A stretch of 64,000 nt of DNA from Octopus sinensis (GCF_006345805.1 NC_042997.1:201376001-201440000), one strand, 5' to 3'. Positions 11,500 through 24,417 are shown, counted from the first letter of the stretch. The notes: a model not told the origin generated them from the letters alone. Program-made: numbers and translations.

Positions 11500-13499
11500 A
11501 TCATCATCATCATCATCATTGTTTAACGTCCGCTCTCCATGCTAGCATGGGTTGGACGGTTCGACCGGGGTTCTGGGAGCCAGAAGGCTGCACCAGGCTC
11601 CAGTCCAATCTGGCAATGTTTCTACAGCTGGATGCCCTTCCTAACGCCAACCACTCCGTGAGTGTAGTGGGTGCTTTTTACGTGCCACCTGCACAGGTGC
11701 CAGGCGAGGCTGGCAACGGCTATGAGTCGGATAGTGCTTTTTACGTACCACCAGACCAGGGACCCTGGCTGGTTCAATTCGATTTCGAATTCGCTTGCCC
11801 CAACATGTCTTCACAAGCAAAGGGGGTTGGCATGGGTGCCTGTCGTACGGTCGCATTGGAGTATTTTACGTGCCACGGCCACGAGTCGGATAGTGCTTTT
11901 TACGTACCACCAGGCCAGGGATCCTGGCTGGTTCAATTCGGTTTCGATTTCGATTTCGCTTGCCCCAACATGTCTTCGCAAGCATGGGGGGTTGGCATGG
12001 GTGTCTGTCGTCGGATGAGGTTCTATATCGACTTCGCTTGCCTCAACAGGTCTTTGTGTCCAAGGAGGAAAGGCATTCATAAGGGGCTGGGCTCACTTGT
12101 CCTGCCTGTCTTCTCACGTACAGAATATTTCCAAAGGTCTCGGTCGCTAGTCATTTCCTCAGTGAGGCCTAAAGTTCGAAGGTTGTGCTTCACCACCTCG
12201 TCCCAGGTTTTCCTGGGTCTACCTCTTCCACGGGTTCCCTCAACTGCTAGGGATTGGCACTTTCTCACACACCTATCTTCATCCATTCTCGCCACATGAC
12301 CATACCAGTGCAATCGTCTCTCTTGCACACCACACTGATGCTTCTTAGGTACAACATTTCTCTCAAGTGCTAACGCTCTGTCGAGTATGTACACTGACAT
12401 TACACATCCATCGGAGCATACTGGCTTCATTCCTCACGAGCTTACGCATGTCCTCAGCAGTCACGGCCCATGTTTCGCTGCCATGTAGCATGGCTGTTCG
12501 TACACACGCATCATACAGTCTGCCTTTTACTCTGAGCGAGAGGCCTTTAGTCACCAGCAGAGGTAAGAGCTCCCTAAACTTTTCCCAGGCTATTCTTATT
12601 CTAGCAGTTACACTTTCAGCGCACCCACCCCCACTACTGACTTGGTCACCTAGATAACGGAAGCTATCAACTACTTCTAGTTTTTTCCCCCTGGAAAGTG
12701 ACGGAAGTTGTTTTCTGCAGATTTTCGGAGGTTAATGCTCCCGAGCATCTGCCACATACAAAAACTATCTTCCCAGTTACCCTACCTTTGACATTGCTGC
12801 ACCTCTTATGTGTCCATAGCTTACACTGGTACATCTTATAAGAGTTTCTACCTACACCTTTTCTACAGATCGAGCAGGGCCATCTTCCTGAAGACATTTG
12901 TGGATTGTCTACCTTCCTACTTATTAGTACTTTGGTTTTAGCTAGGTTGACTCTAAGGCCTCTTGATTCTAAACCCTCCTCCGTCCACCCTGGAACTTCT
13001 CCTCCAGTTCTGATAGTGACTCAGCAATAAGAGCAAGGTCGTCAGCGTAGAGGAGCTCCCAGGGACAGCCTGTCTTGAATTCCTCCGTAATTGCCTGGAG
13101 TACTATGATAAATAGGAGGGGGCTGAGTACTGAACCCTGGTGGACCCCAACCTCTACTTTGAATTCTTCTGTGTACATGTTGCCAACCCTAACCTTACTT
13201 ACGGCATCTCTGTACATGGCTTGCACAGTCCTCACCAGCCATTCATCTATCCCTAGTTTCCTCATTGACCACCAGATAAGGGATCGGGGGACCCTATCAA
13301 AAGCTTTCTCCATGTCAACGAAAGCCAGGTACAGGGGCTTATCTTTGGCTAGGTATTTCTCCTGCAGCTGCCTTACCAAGAATATAGCATCAGTGGTACT
13401 TTTCCCTGGCACGAACCCAAACAGCATCTCATCTAAACTAACTCTCTCTCTAATTAGTTGGGCTATGACCCTCTCCGTAACCTTCATTACTTGATCCAA
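11500..13499 (-). mobile_element. 5'-truncated RTE-clade LINE (RT to C-terminus, frameshifted)
   Basis: AFVDMEKAFDRV, GVHQGSVLSPLLF, LLYADDLAL RT motifs (12969-13499); LYDACVRTAMLHGSETW; RRLHWYGHVARM and RGRGRPRKTW; (GAT)n tail; inserted in (TA)n. Confidence 0.95.
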
Positions 13500-13683
13500 T
13501 ATATATAATATATAATATGTTTATATATATATATATATATATTATATATGTATGTATATATATATATATATATAATATATATATATATGTATGTATATTA
13601 TATATATATATGTTGTATGTATATATATATATGTATGTATATATATATATATATATATGTATATTATATATATTATATATATG

Positions 13684-13715
<32 letters not shown>

Positions 13716-13759
13716 ATATATATATATTATATATATATATATATATTATATATATATAT

Positions 13760-14545
13760 ATCATCATCATCATCATCATCATTTAGCATCCGTTTTCCAT
13801 GCTAGCATGGGTTGGACGGTTCTACTGGGTTCTGTGAAGCCAGAAGGCTTCATCAGGCCCAGTCAAATCTGGCAGTGTTTCTACGGCTGGATGCCCTTCC
13901 TAACGCCAACCACTCCGTGAGTGTAGTGGGTGCTTTTTACGTGCCACCCGCACAGGTGCCGAACGGATGGTGCTTTTTATGTGCCACCGGCACGAGGGCC
14001 AGGCGAGGCTGGCAACGGACACGAAACGGGGCGATGCTGGCAACGGTCGCGAAACGGAAGGTTCTCTTACATGCCACCGGCACTGGTAACACATCTGCAA
14101 TTTCCATTGATCGATTTCGATTCTGATCCTCACTTGCCTCAACAGGTCTTCACAAGTAGAGTTTCGACATGCCACCGGCACTGGTAACACATCTGCAATT
14201 TCCATTGATCGATTTCGATTCTGATCCTCACTTGCCTCAACAGGTCTTCACAAGTAGAGTTTTGTGTCCCAAGAGGGAAGGTATGCATACGTAGGCTGGC
14301 TCCATCCCATGTAGAAGGCCACGGGTTATGGACTCACTTGTCCTGCCGGGTCTTCTCGCGCACAGCACACTTCCAGAGGTCTCGGTCTCTAGTCATTTCC
14401 TCAGTGAGACCTAAAGTTCGAAGGTCGTGCTTCACCACCTCGTCCCAGGTTTTCCTGGGTCTGCCTCTTCCACAGGTTCCCTCAACCGCCCGCTAGGGTG
14501 TGGCACTTTTTCACACAACTATCTTCATCCATTCTTGCCACATGA
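13760..14545 (-). mobile_element. Second RTE 3' fragment with an internal duplication of about 99 bp
   Basis: Same C-terminal coding remnant and 3' UTR; acatgccaccggcactggtaacacatctg...cacaagtagagt repeated at about 14068 and 14167. Confidence 0.9.
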
Positions 14546-15344
14546 ATATATATATATATACGATGGGCTTCTTTCAGTTTCTGTCTACCAAATCTACTCA
14601 CAAGGCTTTGGTCGATCCGAGGCTATAGTAGAAGACACTTACCCTAGGTGCCATGCAGTGGGACTGAACCTGGAACCATGTGGTTGGTAAGCAAGCTACC
14701 ACCACCACACAACCACTCCTATGCCCATTGCATATAAATTTTAGCAAAAAGAAACAAACAAAAAAAACTTATATGGCACCCCAGGAGTCATATGGACCCC
14801 CCCCCCATTTGAGAACCACTATTTGAAACCCAAAAGTTCATTGACAGCAAAAGGTTCCATTTCTCTCTAAATACCAAAATTAGCTTCCTGTTGTTTCAGT
14901 GTCTGTCACCTGCAGTTTCCCATGATGTAAGATTAAATATTTCCATGTTTTCAATTCCATTGCTGTTGACACCCTAAAATAAATACCTGTCAAGTCTATA
15001 AAATATGAAATCTTAACGACAATATTAATATTTTATCGATAAATCTAAAGAATTTCTCGTCTCATAAATATAAATTGATTCGTTTCTGCAAAAACTTTTC
15101 TTATTTCTTGATCATTTCTTTGATAGTTCTCCTTTTCTTTCTCTTCGTTCGTTACTTCTGGCTAGGATTAATTAATGTGGCTAATGTCGGTCTCTCCGTT
15201 TTCACAAGGTGAAAATGGTGAACACTTCAACACAACCTTTTTGTTTTTATGGTTGGGTTTCTTTGTTTTGCTGTTGTTTTTTTTTTGCATTTTTGCATTG
15301 ATTAAATTATTTTCTAATTTCAAATGTCTCCAAGTGCTTTTTAT

Positions 15345-16360
15345 TTCTCCTCTCTCTCTCTCTCTCTTTCTCTTTTTCTTTCTCTCTCTTTCTCTTTTTC
15401 TCTCTCTCTCTCTTTCTCTTTTTTCTCTCTCTCTCTCTCTTTCTCTTTTTCTCTTTCTCTCTTTCTCTTTCTCTCTCTCTCTCTCTTTCTCTTTTCTCTC
15501 TCTCTCTTTCTCTTTCTCTTTTCTCTCTCTCTCTCTCTTTCTCCTTCTCTTTTTTCTCTCTCTCTTTCTCTTTCTCTTTTCTCTTTTTCTCTCTCTCTCT
15601 CTCCTTCTCTTTTTTTCTCTCTCTCTCACTCTTTCTCTTTCTCTTTTCTCTCTCTCTCTCTCTTTCTCTTTCTCTTTTCTCTCTCTCTCTCTTTCTCCTT
15701 CTCTTTTTTTCTCTCTCTCTCTCTTTCTGTTTCTCTTTTTTTCTCTCTCTCTCTCTTTCTCTCTTCTGCCACCAAAACAACATTAGCTGTTCTCTAACAG
15801 CTTTAGTTTAGTCTCAGTGTCACTGGACATCAATGGGAAGAGGGAAGGAGAGAGAGAGAGAGAAGAAAATGAAGAAAGGTAAAGAGAGGAGGTAATAAAA
15901 AAAGAAAGAGAGAGAAGGAAAGAAAGGAAGAGAGAAGGGAAATAAAGTAAGAAAGAAAAGGAGAGGGGAGGAAGGAAAGATGGAAGGAAGGAAGGAAGGA
16001 AGGAATGAACGAACAAACATACAAACAAAGAAAGGAAGGAAGGAGGGAAGGAGGGAAGGAATGGAGGAAGATAAAAGAAAGAAAGAAATAAACATACAAA
16101 GAGAGAGGGAGAGAAGAAAATGAGGAAAGGTAAAGAGAGGAAGAAATAAAAAAAAAGAAAGGAAGAGAGAAGGGAAATAAAGTAAGAAAGAAAAGGAGAG
16201 AGGGGGAGGAAAGAAGGAATGAAGGAACGAAAGAAAGAACGAAAGAACAAACGAACAAACAAACATGCAAAAAAAAGGAAAGAAGGAAGGAAGGAATGGA
16301 GGAAGAAAAAGAAAGAAAGAAACAAACAAATAAATAAACAAAGAAAGAAGGAAAAAAAAT
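15345..16360. repeat. Polypyrimidine (CT/CTTT) tract followed by polypurine (GA/GAAA) tract
   Basis: Y-rich 15345-15770; R-rich 15835-16360 with an internal duplication. Confidence 0.9.
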
Positions 16361-16719
16361 TCCCAAGTCTTGTCTTCTTCAATGGTAAACATAACCTTTG
16401 AATGAGAAGAAAAAAGATGTTTTGTAGAGATTTTTCCAACCAATATTTAAGACAATAGATGTAGTCTTAATTAACTTGAAATTTTTATTAATAATTAAAA
16501 ACAACATCTACATATATTTAAACAAATTTAAATGTTGGATTTTGTATGGAAAAACAAAAACAGTTGAAGGAAAATATAACGATTTTTTTTTCTCAGATCA
16601 CCTTTTGAAGGTGTTGTAACAATGGGTTCAAGACCAGGTTGGGAACCTTTCTTATATCCGTAGGGCAGATTAATTAAATGTAATACAGGATGGAGCATAA
16701 AGTGTCATCTTCCCTTCTT

Positions 16720-17412
16720 TTATGCACAATAACGACCCATTTCTCGACCGGATTGTAACTTGTAATGAAAAGTGGATTCATTGAGACAACCATTGATGCT
16801 CAGCTCAGTGGTTGAACACCGATGAAGCTCCACGGTACTTCCTGACGCCAAAGTTGCACCAAGAGAAGGTCATGGTGACTGTTTGGTGGTCTGCGGCCAG
16901 TCTCATCTATCACAGCTTTTTGGATCCAGGCAAAATCATTACGGCGGAGAAGTACTGTCAGCAAATGGATGAAATGCATAAGAAACTCCGACAACAACAG
17001 CCAGCATTGGTCAAAAGAAAAGGACCAATATTTTTCTATGACAATGCTCAGCCGCACATCGCACAACTGACCCTGCAGAAGTTGAATGAATCGGGCTATG
17101 AAACTCTGCCTCATTCGCCATACTCATCAGACCTCTCGCCTACCGACTACCACTTTTTCAAGCATCTCGACAACTTCCTGCGTGAAAAATGCTTCAAACA
17201 CCAAGACGATGCCAAACACGCCTTCAACGATTTCATTGACACCAAAACACAGGATTTTTATGCTACTGGCATAAATAAACTTGTTTTGTGTTAGCAAAAG
17301 TGAATTGATTCTGATGGTGTTTATTTCAATTAATAAAGTTTTGTTTGAGCCGAGATATGTCCATCTAGATTTAAAGGTTAAAAACTGCAAGAACTTTCTT
17401 GACAACCTAATA
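16720..17412 (+). mobile_element. Mariner (Hsmar1/cecropia-like) transposase 3' relic with right TIR
   Basis: IVTCNEKWI, KVMVTVWWS, YDNAQPH and YSSDLSPTDYHFF DDD-domain motifs; TIR ending gaactttcttgacaacctaa plus TA at 17381-17412; in-frame stops upstream. Confidence 0.92.
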
Positions 17413-17419
17413 TGATGGA

Positions 17420-17945
17420 AAGTGTCAGCTGTCTACAGACAGCATTTGTTTACTGATCATGCTTCAAGAACCCTGCGAAGAATTCTTGCAGTTTCAAGCA
17501 GTGGCTGATTTTTGCACCAATCTTTTTCAGCCATATTGGTAGTTGAGTGCAGATACTTCCTCATGCACCAATAACTATTGGTATCACGTCTAATCCCTTC
17601 ATTGACCGCAACCTTCGTATTTCCCACTTCAAATCATCATAATTCTTTATTTTTTTCTTCTTTCACATTGATTCTGTTGTCACCAGAGCATGCTATGTCG
17701 ATAATCATACATGTTTTTTCTCTTTTATTCACCACAACAATGTCCAGTTTCCAATGTCTGGTTGGGTGATCACACTGAATCATTGCATCCCACAGGGTTT
17801 TGCAATTCTCATTTTTGGTGACTCCTTCTGGAGTTTGCTCATACCACGTCTTTGCTCTTTATAGACTGTGATTTCCACAAAGCTCCCAATGGATCGTTTT
17901 TGCCACATTGTCATGGCGTCTTTCATATTCGTGTTGTGCATACAC
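17420..17945 (-). mobile_element. R4/Dong-like RLE LINE 3' relic
   Basis: Minus-strand remnants YERRHDNVAKTIHWE, CMIIDIAC and ETARILRRVL. Confidence 0.75.
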
Positions 17946-18007
17946 TAACAGTATGCCACATTATATTATTATTATTATTATTATTATTGGTAGTAGTAGT
18001 AGTAGTA

Positions 18008-18039
<32 letters not shown>

Positions 18040-18040
18040 T

Positions 18041-18550
18041 TGAGTGAGAGAGCAATGCATGTCATCAAAGTGACACTGGGGTAAAATATACGATGCCCAG
18101 TATACCCATCATCACAACCATATGTGCTCAACATGGTGATCTCATATCAAGATAAACAGCGCAGGTGAGGCCCAGTTAGAAATTTCTTCAGGTTGAGTAG
18201 CCCATCCCACTCAAAAAGTCCCTGAATAAGAGTTGCTTAAGGATGTTGAACGATACACCCATGTTTCCAAAGGTGAATTATCCACACACCAATGAATTCC
18301 TTTCAACACATGGCTATGATGCTCCCCCACTACTTCTGCTCGTAATCAGAGATGCACATATCGTCAGCCACTAAGGGACATGCTCAACTGGTTATTGTCA
18401 AGCAACTGACAAGCAAATCTCTGGTATTAAGCAGAATATTTGCTGTAGCCCATCTTTTATACCAAGACAAAACAATGTACATGATAACACTTCCAACCAG
18501 TTAAACTCAGAAGTCATGAGAGTCACTGTCTGGTACTGCATCAGGGCATT
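18041..18550 (-). mobile_element. Unclassified about 550-bp non-coding repeat (family X) in (TAA/TAG)n
   Basis: Reverse complement of 23741-24287; partial third copy at 38745-39090. Confidence 0.8.
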
Positions 18551-18559
18551 TATTATTAC

Positions 18560-18589
<30 letters not shown>

Positions 18590-18593
<4 letters not shown>

Positions 18594-18923
18594 TAATTTT
18601 ATTTTTATAGCATGCTTTCACTTCACTACCGAGCGCAGCTCTGTGTGCCTTGGGTATGTGCTATGATTTGTTGTGATGCTCTGATGGTTATTGTATGGTT
18701 ATTGTTCTGCATAGGATGTGTGCAGTGCTTAGTAGTGCAATTTTCTGCATGTTATATGTGTTTGTAAGTCCTGGTGTTTTTGTTATGTATTTGTCTGAAT
18801 ATTTTTTTATCATGCCTAATGATAGGAATTGTTTCTGTTTTTAGATTCCACATTCTGGTTACCTCTATTTCCAGGTCTTTGTATTTTGAAAGTTTCTCCA
18901 TTTCTTTTAGAGACACGTTGTCA

Positions 18924-18925
<2 letters not shown>
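18590..18925 (-). mobile_element. R4/Dong-like LINE 3' end
   Basis: EKLSKYKDLEIEVTRMWNLKTETIPII and QKIALLSTAHIL remnants; (TAA)n both sides. Confidence 0.8.
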
Positions 18926-18960
<35 letters not shown>

Positions 18961-18999
18961 TTCATTATTATTATAATTATTATTATTATTATTATTATT

Positions 19000-21040
19000 C
19001 TATGTTTGACTTTTGCTTTATATTTGTACAAGTTGGCTCCAAGTCTCATCCAGAGACCTCAAGAGACAACAGGGTTGGAAGTTCTGTTGTGTTATGCCTA
19101 GTGTGCCATATATTTGTGGGGTGGGGCTGTTGTACTAATGAATGTCTAAAAAAAAAGGCTTTTTTTTTTTTTTTAAACCGAAAATTATGTTTGTTTTAAA
19201 CCTTGAGATTACATAGAGAGTATTTTGCGTAGGATATGAGCAGTTCCCATGAGCACTATCTTTTGAACTTCTGCCATTTTTGGGTTTCCTGGTATCTGAG
19301 TTAGGTAGCTATCAGCCCTTTTGCTATCATTCCCAGGGCACCTAAGACAACAGGTATTGTTTTAGTCTTCAGCTTCCACATTTTGCTGATTTCTATTTCA
19401 AGATCTTTATATTTGCTCATTTTTGGTAGGTCTTGACAGATACGTTTATATCGATTGGGACAGTCATATCAATGAGGAGGCATGTTCTTTGTTGAAGTCT
19501 TTCAATATGATGTCTGGCCTATTTGCATCTATCTTCCTGTCAGTTTGAATGGTGAAGTTCCAGAGGAGTGAGATGTGGTCATTTTTAAGCAATGGGGTGG
19601 TTGTTTGTTTCCCCAGTTTTTTTCATGGGGCAAATCCAGGTTTTTACAGATTACCCAGTGAATATATTGTGCAGCTCTATCGTGCCTGTTGAGATACTCT
19701 GTAGGCGCTAGAAGACTGCACTGGAGACCACATGGTCAATGGTTTCATTTTGTTGCTTGCATACACGACACGTTGGACTGCTTCTGATCTTTAATATGTT
19801 GGCCGGTAGTTTCTTGTTGGTAGGCATTGATCTTGAGCTGCTATGATAAACCCCTCTGTTTCAGATTTTAAGCTAGAGGCCATTAGCCATTGATGGGTCA
19901 GGGCTTTGTCGATATCTGCATTATTCGCTCTCTTTGGGTATTTGCCATAGAGAGGTTTTTCTTGCCATTTATTATTCAGAATATCTAAGGCCGCAGTTTT
20001 GGCACGGGTTTTCATGCGCCTAACTTTTTCTGTGCTTGTTTTTCTATGTATATCTCTTATCTAATCCGAAATTGGTGTATGTAGTCGAATTCACTTAGTA
20101 TTCCTTTGCCTGTTTTGTGACTGAGTATGATGCTTTCTTGTTTTCATGTTTTGAGACAAGTTTTAAACATCCAGTCCTCAGAGTTTTTCAGGTAGGGTTT
20201 CTAGGCCAATTGTAGCAATCTTCATTGTTATTGCCAGTTGCAAAAGACCACGCCACGGCCTCCCTCTTTTCTTGGCAGATAGAGTCTTTCTGTATCTGCC
20301 TTAGGGTGGTGCATTCTATGCATTGTCAACAGTTTCCTTATTTTTGTCGAGCTGACATATTTCAGTAATTGACCAGTTAACAATATTGAAACTGTAAGTC
20401 ACGACTGGTATAGCTAATGCATGATTGCTTCGATCCTGTTTCTTGCATTCAGCTCTGTCTTGAGTATTGCTCTCACTCTTCGATAGCATTCTCTCCTGAT
20501 CCTTTCCTTCATCTCTGAATGCCTATTCTGTCCCTTCAATTACCCTAGGTACTTGTAGTTCTCCGCTGGGTCTAGCTAGTTCTTTTATGACATTCTGTTG
20601 GTCAAGGTTAACGTTAGATGTTTCTGTCATTTTCCTTTGATAAAGGTAGCCTTTGTACATTTATCGAGGCCGAATTGCATTCTGATGTCGTCACTGAATT
20701 GTTTGACTATCGCTAGTAAGCCCTGAGTTGTTGATCATTTTTTGCAAAAAGCTTTAAATCATCCATGTAAACGAGATGATTATATTTTTATCAAACATTT
20801 TATACCCGTACTGCGCGTCATTGAGCAGCTTTGAGAGAGAGGTATTAAGGATAAACAAAAGAGGAGTGGTGACAGTGAGTCACCCTGGAAAATGTCACAC
20901 GAAATTTTTACATCACCAGCATTTAGGGATTCACTGTCACTGTTCAGAGTTAGTGTGGTTCTCCATGATCTCATACTTACAGTCAAGAAGTTTCGCAGAG
21001 TTGGTGCTATCTTATACATTTCAAGGCATTTCCTAATCTA
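19000..21040 (-). mobile_element. R4/Dong-like RLE LINE, 5'-truncated (RT, zinc knuckle, RLE; frameshifted)
   Basis: IFQGDSLSPLLF, YMDDLKL, WQEKPLYGKY, ETEGFIIAAQDQCLPTRNY, RHDRAAQYIHW, NRPDIIL, PVVLGALG; embedded in (TAA)n. Confidence 0.9.
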
Positions 21041-21042
21041 GC

Positions 21043-21096
<54 letters not shown>

Positions 21097-21332
21097 GGCA
21101 GTGAGCTGACAGAACCATTAGCACGCTGGGCAAAATGTTTAACAGCATTTCATCCATCTTTACATTCTGAGTTCAAATTCCGCCAAGGTCGACTTTGCCT
21201 TACATCCTTTTGAGGGTCAATAAATTAAGTGTCAGTCAAATTACCAGGGTCAATATAATTGACTAGTCTCCTTCCTTGAAATTTCAGGCCTTGTGCCTAT
21301 AGTAGAAAAGGTTATTATTATTATCATTATTA

Positions 21333-21384
<52 letters not shown>

Positions 21385-21824
21385 CATCATCATCATCATT
21401 ATTGTGGTGGCGAGCTGGCAGAATCGTTAGTATGCTGGACCCATTACTACATTCTGAGTTCAAATCCTGCCGGGGTCAACTTTGCCTTTCATCCTTTCAA
21501 GGTTGATAAACAAAGTACCAGTTCAATACTGGGGCTCGATGTAATCAACTTAACCCCTTTGCTGAAATTTCTGGTCTTTCGCCTCTAGTAGAAAGGACTA
21601 TTATTATTACTCTTTACTCTTTTACTTGTTTCAGTCATTTGATTGTGGCCATGCTGAAGCACCGCCTTTAGTCAAGCAAATCGACCCCAGGACTTATTCT
21701 TTGGAAGCCTAGTAGTTATTCTATCAGTCTCTTTTGCTGAACCACTTAGTTATGGGGACATAAACACACTGCCATTGATTGTCAAGCGATGTTGGGGGGA
21801 AAAACACAGACACAACATATACAT

Positions 21825-21891
<67 letters not shown>

Positions 21892-22055
21892 TACGATGGG
21901 CTACTTTCAGTTTCTGGCTACCAAATCCACTCACAAGGCTTTGGTCAGCCCGAAGCTATAGTGGAAGATACTTGCCCAAGGTGCCCCGCAGTGGGAATGA
22001 ACCCAGAACCACGCGGTTGGTAAGCAAGCTACTTATGACAAGTCACTCCTGCACA
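21097..22055. mobile_element. Two SINE B copies (+, 21097-21310 and 21405-21600) and one SINE A copy (-, 21615-22055)
   Basis: Family-diagnostic sequences as above. Confidence 0.8.
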
Positions 22056-22097
22056 TATTATTATTATTAATAGTAGTAGTAGTAGTAGCAGCAGCAA

Positions 22098-22165
<68 letters not shown>

Positions 22166-22384
22166 TCTGCTTGCGTTAGAGAGACTGTTGTGTGAGTAAT
22201 AGGTTATACTATGGCAGATTTCGTTCACAGTTAAATGGAAGAAGAGATATCCATTTGCTAAAAGTATTATAATTGGTTAAACTCATTTCCAGCAATGGAT
22301 ACGAGCACAGCAAATGGATATTAAAACCGATAAAAGAAGACCCAAAAAAAAACAATTTATAAAACTGATATTTTCAGCAGACTG

Positions 22385-22667
22385 ATGATGGTTCTCATTC
22401 TGATGATGATGATGGTGGTAGTAGTGGTCGTGGTGGTCGTGGTGGTGGTCGTAGTCGTGCTGGTGGTCGTGGTCGTGGTGTCGACAGTGGCGGCAGTGGT
22501 GGTGGTGGTGGTGGTGGTGGTGGTGGTGGCAGGTGGTGGTGGTGGTAGTGGTGGTGGTGGCAGTAGTGGTGGTGGTGGTCATGGTGATGATGAAGATGAC
22601 AACGATGATGATGGCAATGGTGTTGGCAGTGGTGGTGGTGGTGATGGTAGCAGTGGTGATGATGACA

Positions 22668-22702
<35 letters not shown>

Positions 22703-22880
22703 AATGATGATGATGATGACAATGATGATAATGAGAATGATGATGAGGATAATGATGATGATGATGATGATTATGATGACGACAATGTTCACGATGGTGA
22801 TGATGATTGTCTTTTTGTTGTTGTTGGTGGTGGTGGTGATGACGATGATGATGGTAATGATGGTGACGATGATGATGATG
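22385..22880. repeat. Degenerate (GGT/GAT)n trinucleotide array
   Basis: Direct inspection. Confidence 0.95.
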
Positions 22881-23379
22881 GCGGTGACGTTTTGCACGGA
22901 ACTGGATTGCAGTCACATCGCCGTTATTTCTATTGACGAATGCCAGAGGCGATCAATATTTGATGAAGATGAGAGAGCATTAAAGTTTCACAGTAATTAT
23001 ATTTTTATTGTTATATCCAATGAGAATTCTTAATTACAGCCGATAACAACTTTTACATATCAGAATATATCACATGGTGAGAGGGCAATGGGTTTAGTGC
23101 AGTTAATTCACAACTTGAAAAGTTGCTTAATGTTTAACAGGAATACATAATGATGTAGAATTATTACATATATCCCAATATACCCAAATATACACCAATA
23201 TACTCATATATATTCAAATATGGCCACCCTCAAAGAACTGGTGCTTATAGAGATTGTCAATACTAAGAACGACAACGTGTATTCTTTTATTCTTTTATTC
23301 ACTTCAGTTAGTGGGCTGCAGCCATACTGCAGCTCCATGTTGAAGGCTGCAAGTTAAGCAACCATGCGGGAAACAGGTG

Positions 23380-23690
23380 TTAGGAATTTCTCATTTTGCA
23401 GGTGAGATTTCTAAGATTAAAGATGCATTCAGTAAGCAAGCAGAGTGATTAAGATGCTGGACAAAATGCTTGTTACTGAATTCATATTTTTTCTGTTCAA
23501 ATGATTTTGAAGACTGCAGAATAAATGATAATCAGATGGGGAAATGTCCAGTGGGGTATCGATTCCCATTCAAACTGCTCCAGCCTTTGAAATGTCATCC
23601 TTGCTGTATATGGCCAAGCATTATCCTGATAGAAGAACACCTTTTGCCTTGAAACCAAAGATAGTTGTTTTTCTGATGGCGCCCAGGTGT
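23380..23690 (-). mobile_element. Highly decayed mariner transposase fragment
   Basis: KVFFYQDNAWPYTARMTFQRLEQFEWESIPH resembles the second-Asp HDNA region of mariner. Confidence 0.6.
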
Positions 23691-23698
23691 CAATGAAC

Positions 23699-23740
<42 letters not shown>

Positions 23741-23741
<1 letters not shown>

Positions 23742-24287
23742 CCCTGATGCAGTACCAGGCAGTGGCTCTCATGGCTTCTGATCTTAACTGATTGGAAGTG
23801 TTATCATGTACATTGTTTGTCTGGTATAAAAGATGGACTACAGCAAATATTCTGCTCAATACCACATTTGCTTGTCAGTTGTTTGACCTTAACCAGTTGA
23901 GCATGTCCCTTAGTGGCTGACGATATGTGCATCTCTGATCACGAGCAGAAGTAGTTGGGGAGCATCATAGCCATGTGTTGAGAGGGATTCTTTGGGGTTT
24001 GAATAATTTACCTCCGGAAACATGGGTGGTTCTTTCAACATCCTTAAACAATCTTTATTCAGGACCTTTTGAGCAGGATGGGTTACTCGACCAGAAGAAA
24101 ATTCTAACTGGGCCCCACCTGCAAGGTCATGTGCTGTTATCTTGATATGAGATCACCATGTCGTGCACATATGGTTGATGCATGTGCCTGGTGTACCCTT
24201 ATCAGACGAGTAGTCATGATGGGTATATGGGCTTCGTATATTTTACCCCAGTGTCACTTTGATGGCATGAACTGCTCTCTCACTCAA
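23741..24287 (+). mobile_element. Family X, full-length-looking copy in (TAA)n
   Basis: gccctgatgcagtaccaggc...gctctctcactc with (AAT)n on both sides. Confidence 0.8.
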
Positions 24288-24372
24288 TAATAATAATAAT
24301 AATGATGAGAAGAAGAAGAAGAAGAAGAAGAAGAAGAAGAAGAAGAAGAAGAAGAAGAAGAAGAAGAAGAAG

Positions 24373-24417
<45 letters not shown>

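Larger units (their letters stand above)
10788..14725 (-). mobile_element. SINE family A split in two (3' half 10788-11070, 5' half 14545-14725) by insertions in its internal (TA)n
   Basis: The two halves join to match the intact copies at 27905 and 36135. Confidence 0.8.
10606..14822. mobile_element. Probable hAT (Charlie-like) MITE split by nested insertions
   Basis: Left end caacagttctcagcc and right end tttgagaaccacta resemble CAGTGGTTCTCAA-type TIRs; 8-bp TSD not convincing. Confidence 0.4.

Noticed and set aside
11547-12299. 250-aa plus-strand ORF
   Set aside because: Antisense to the RTE 3' region; no recognisable domain
15168-16443. Arg/Glu/Lys-rich and Ser/Leu/Phe-rich ORFs
   Set aside because: CT/GA simple repeats
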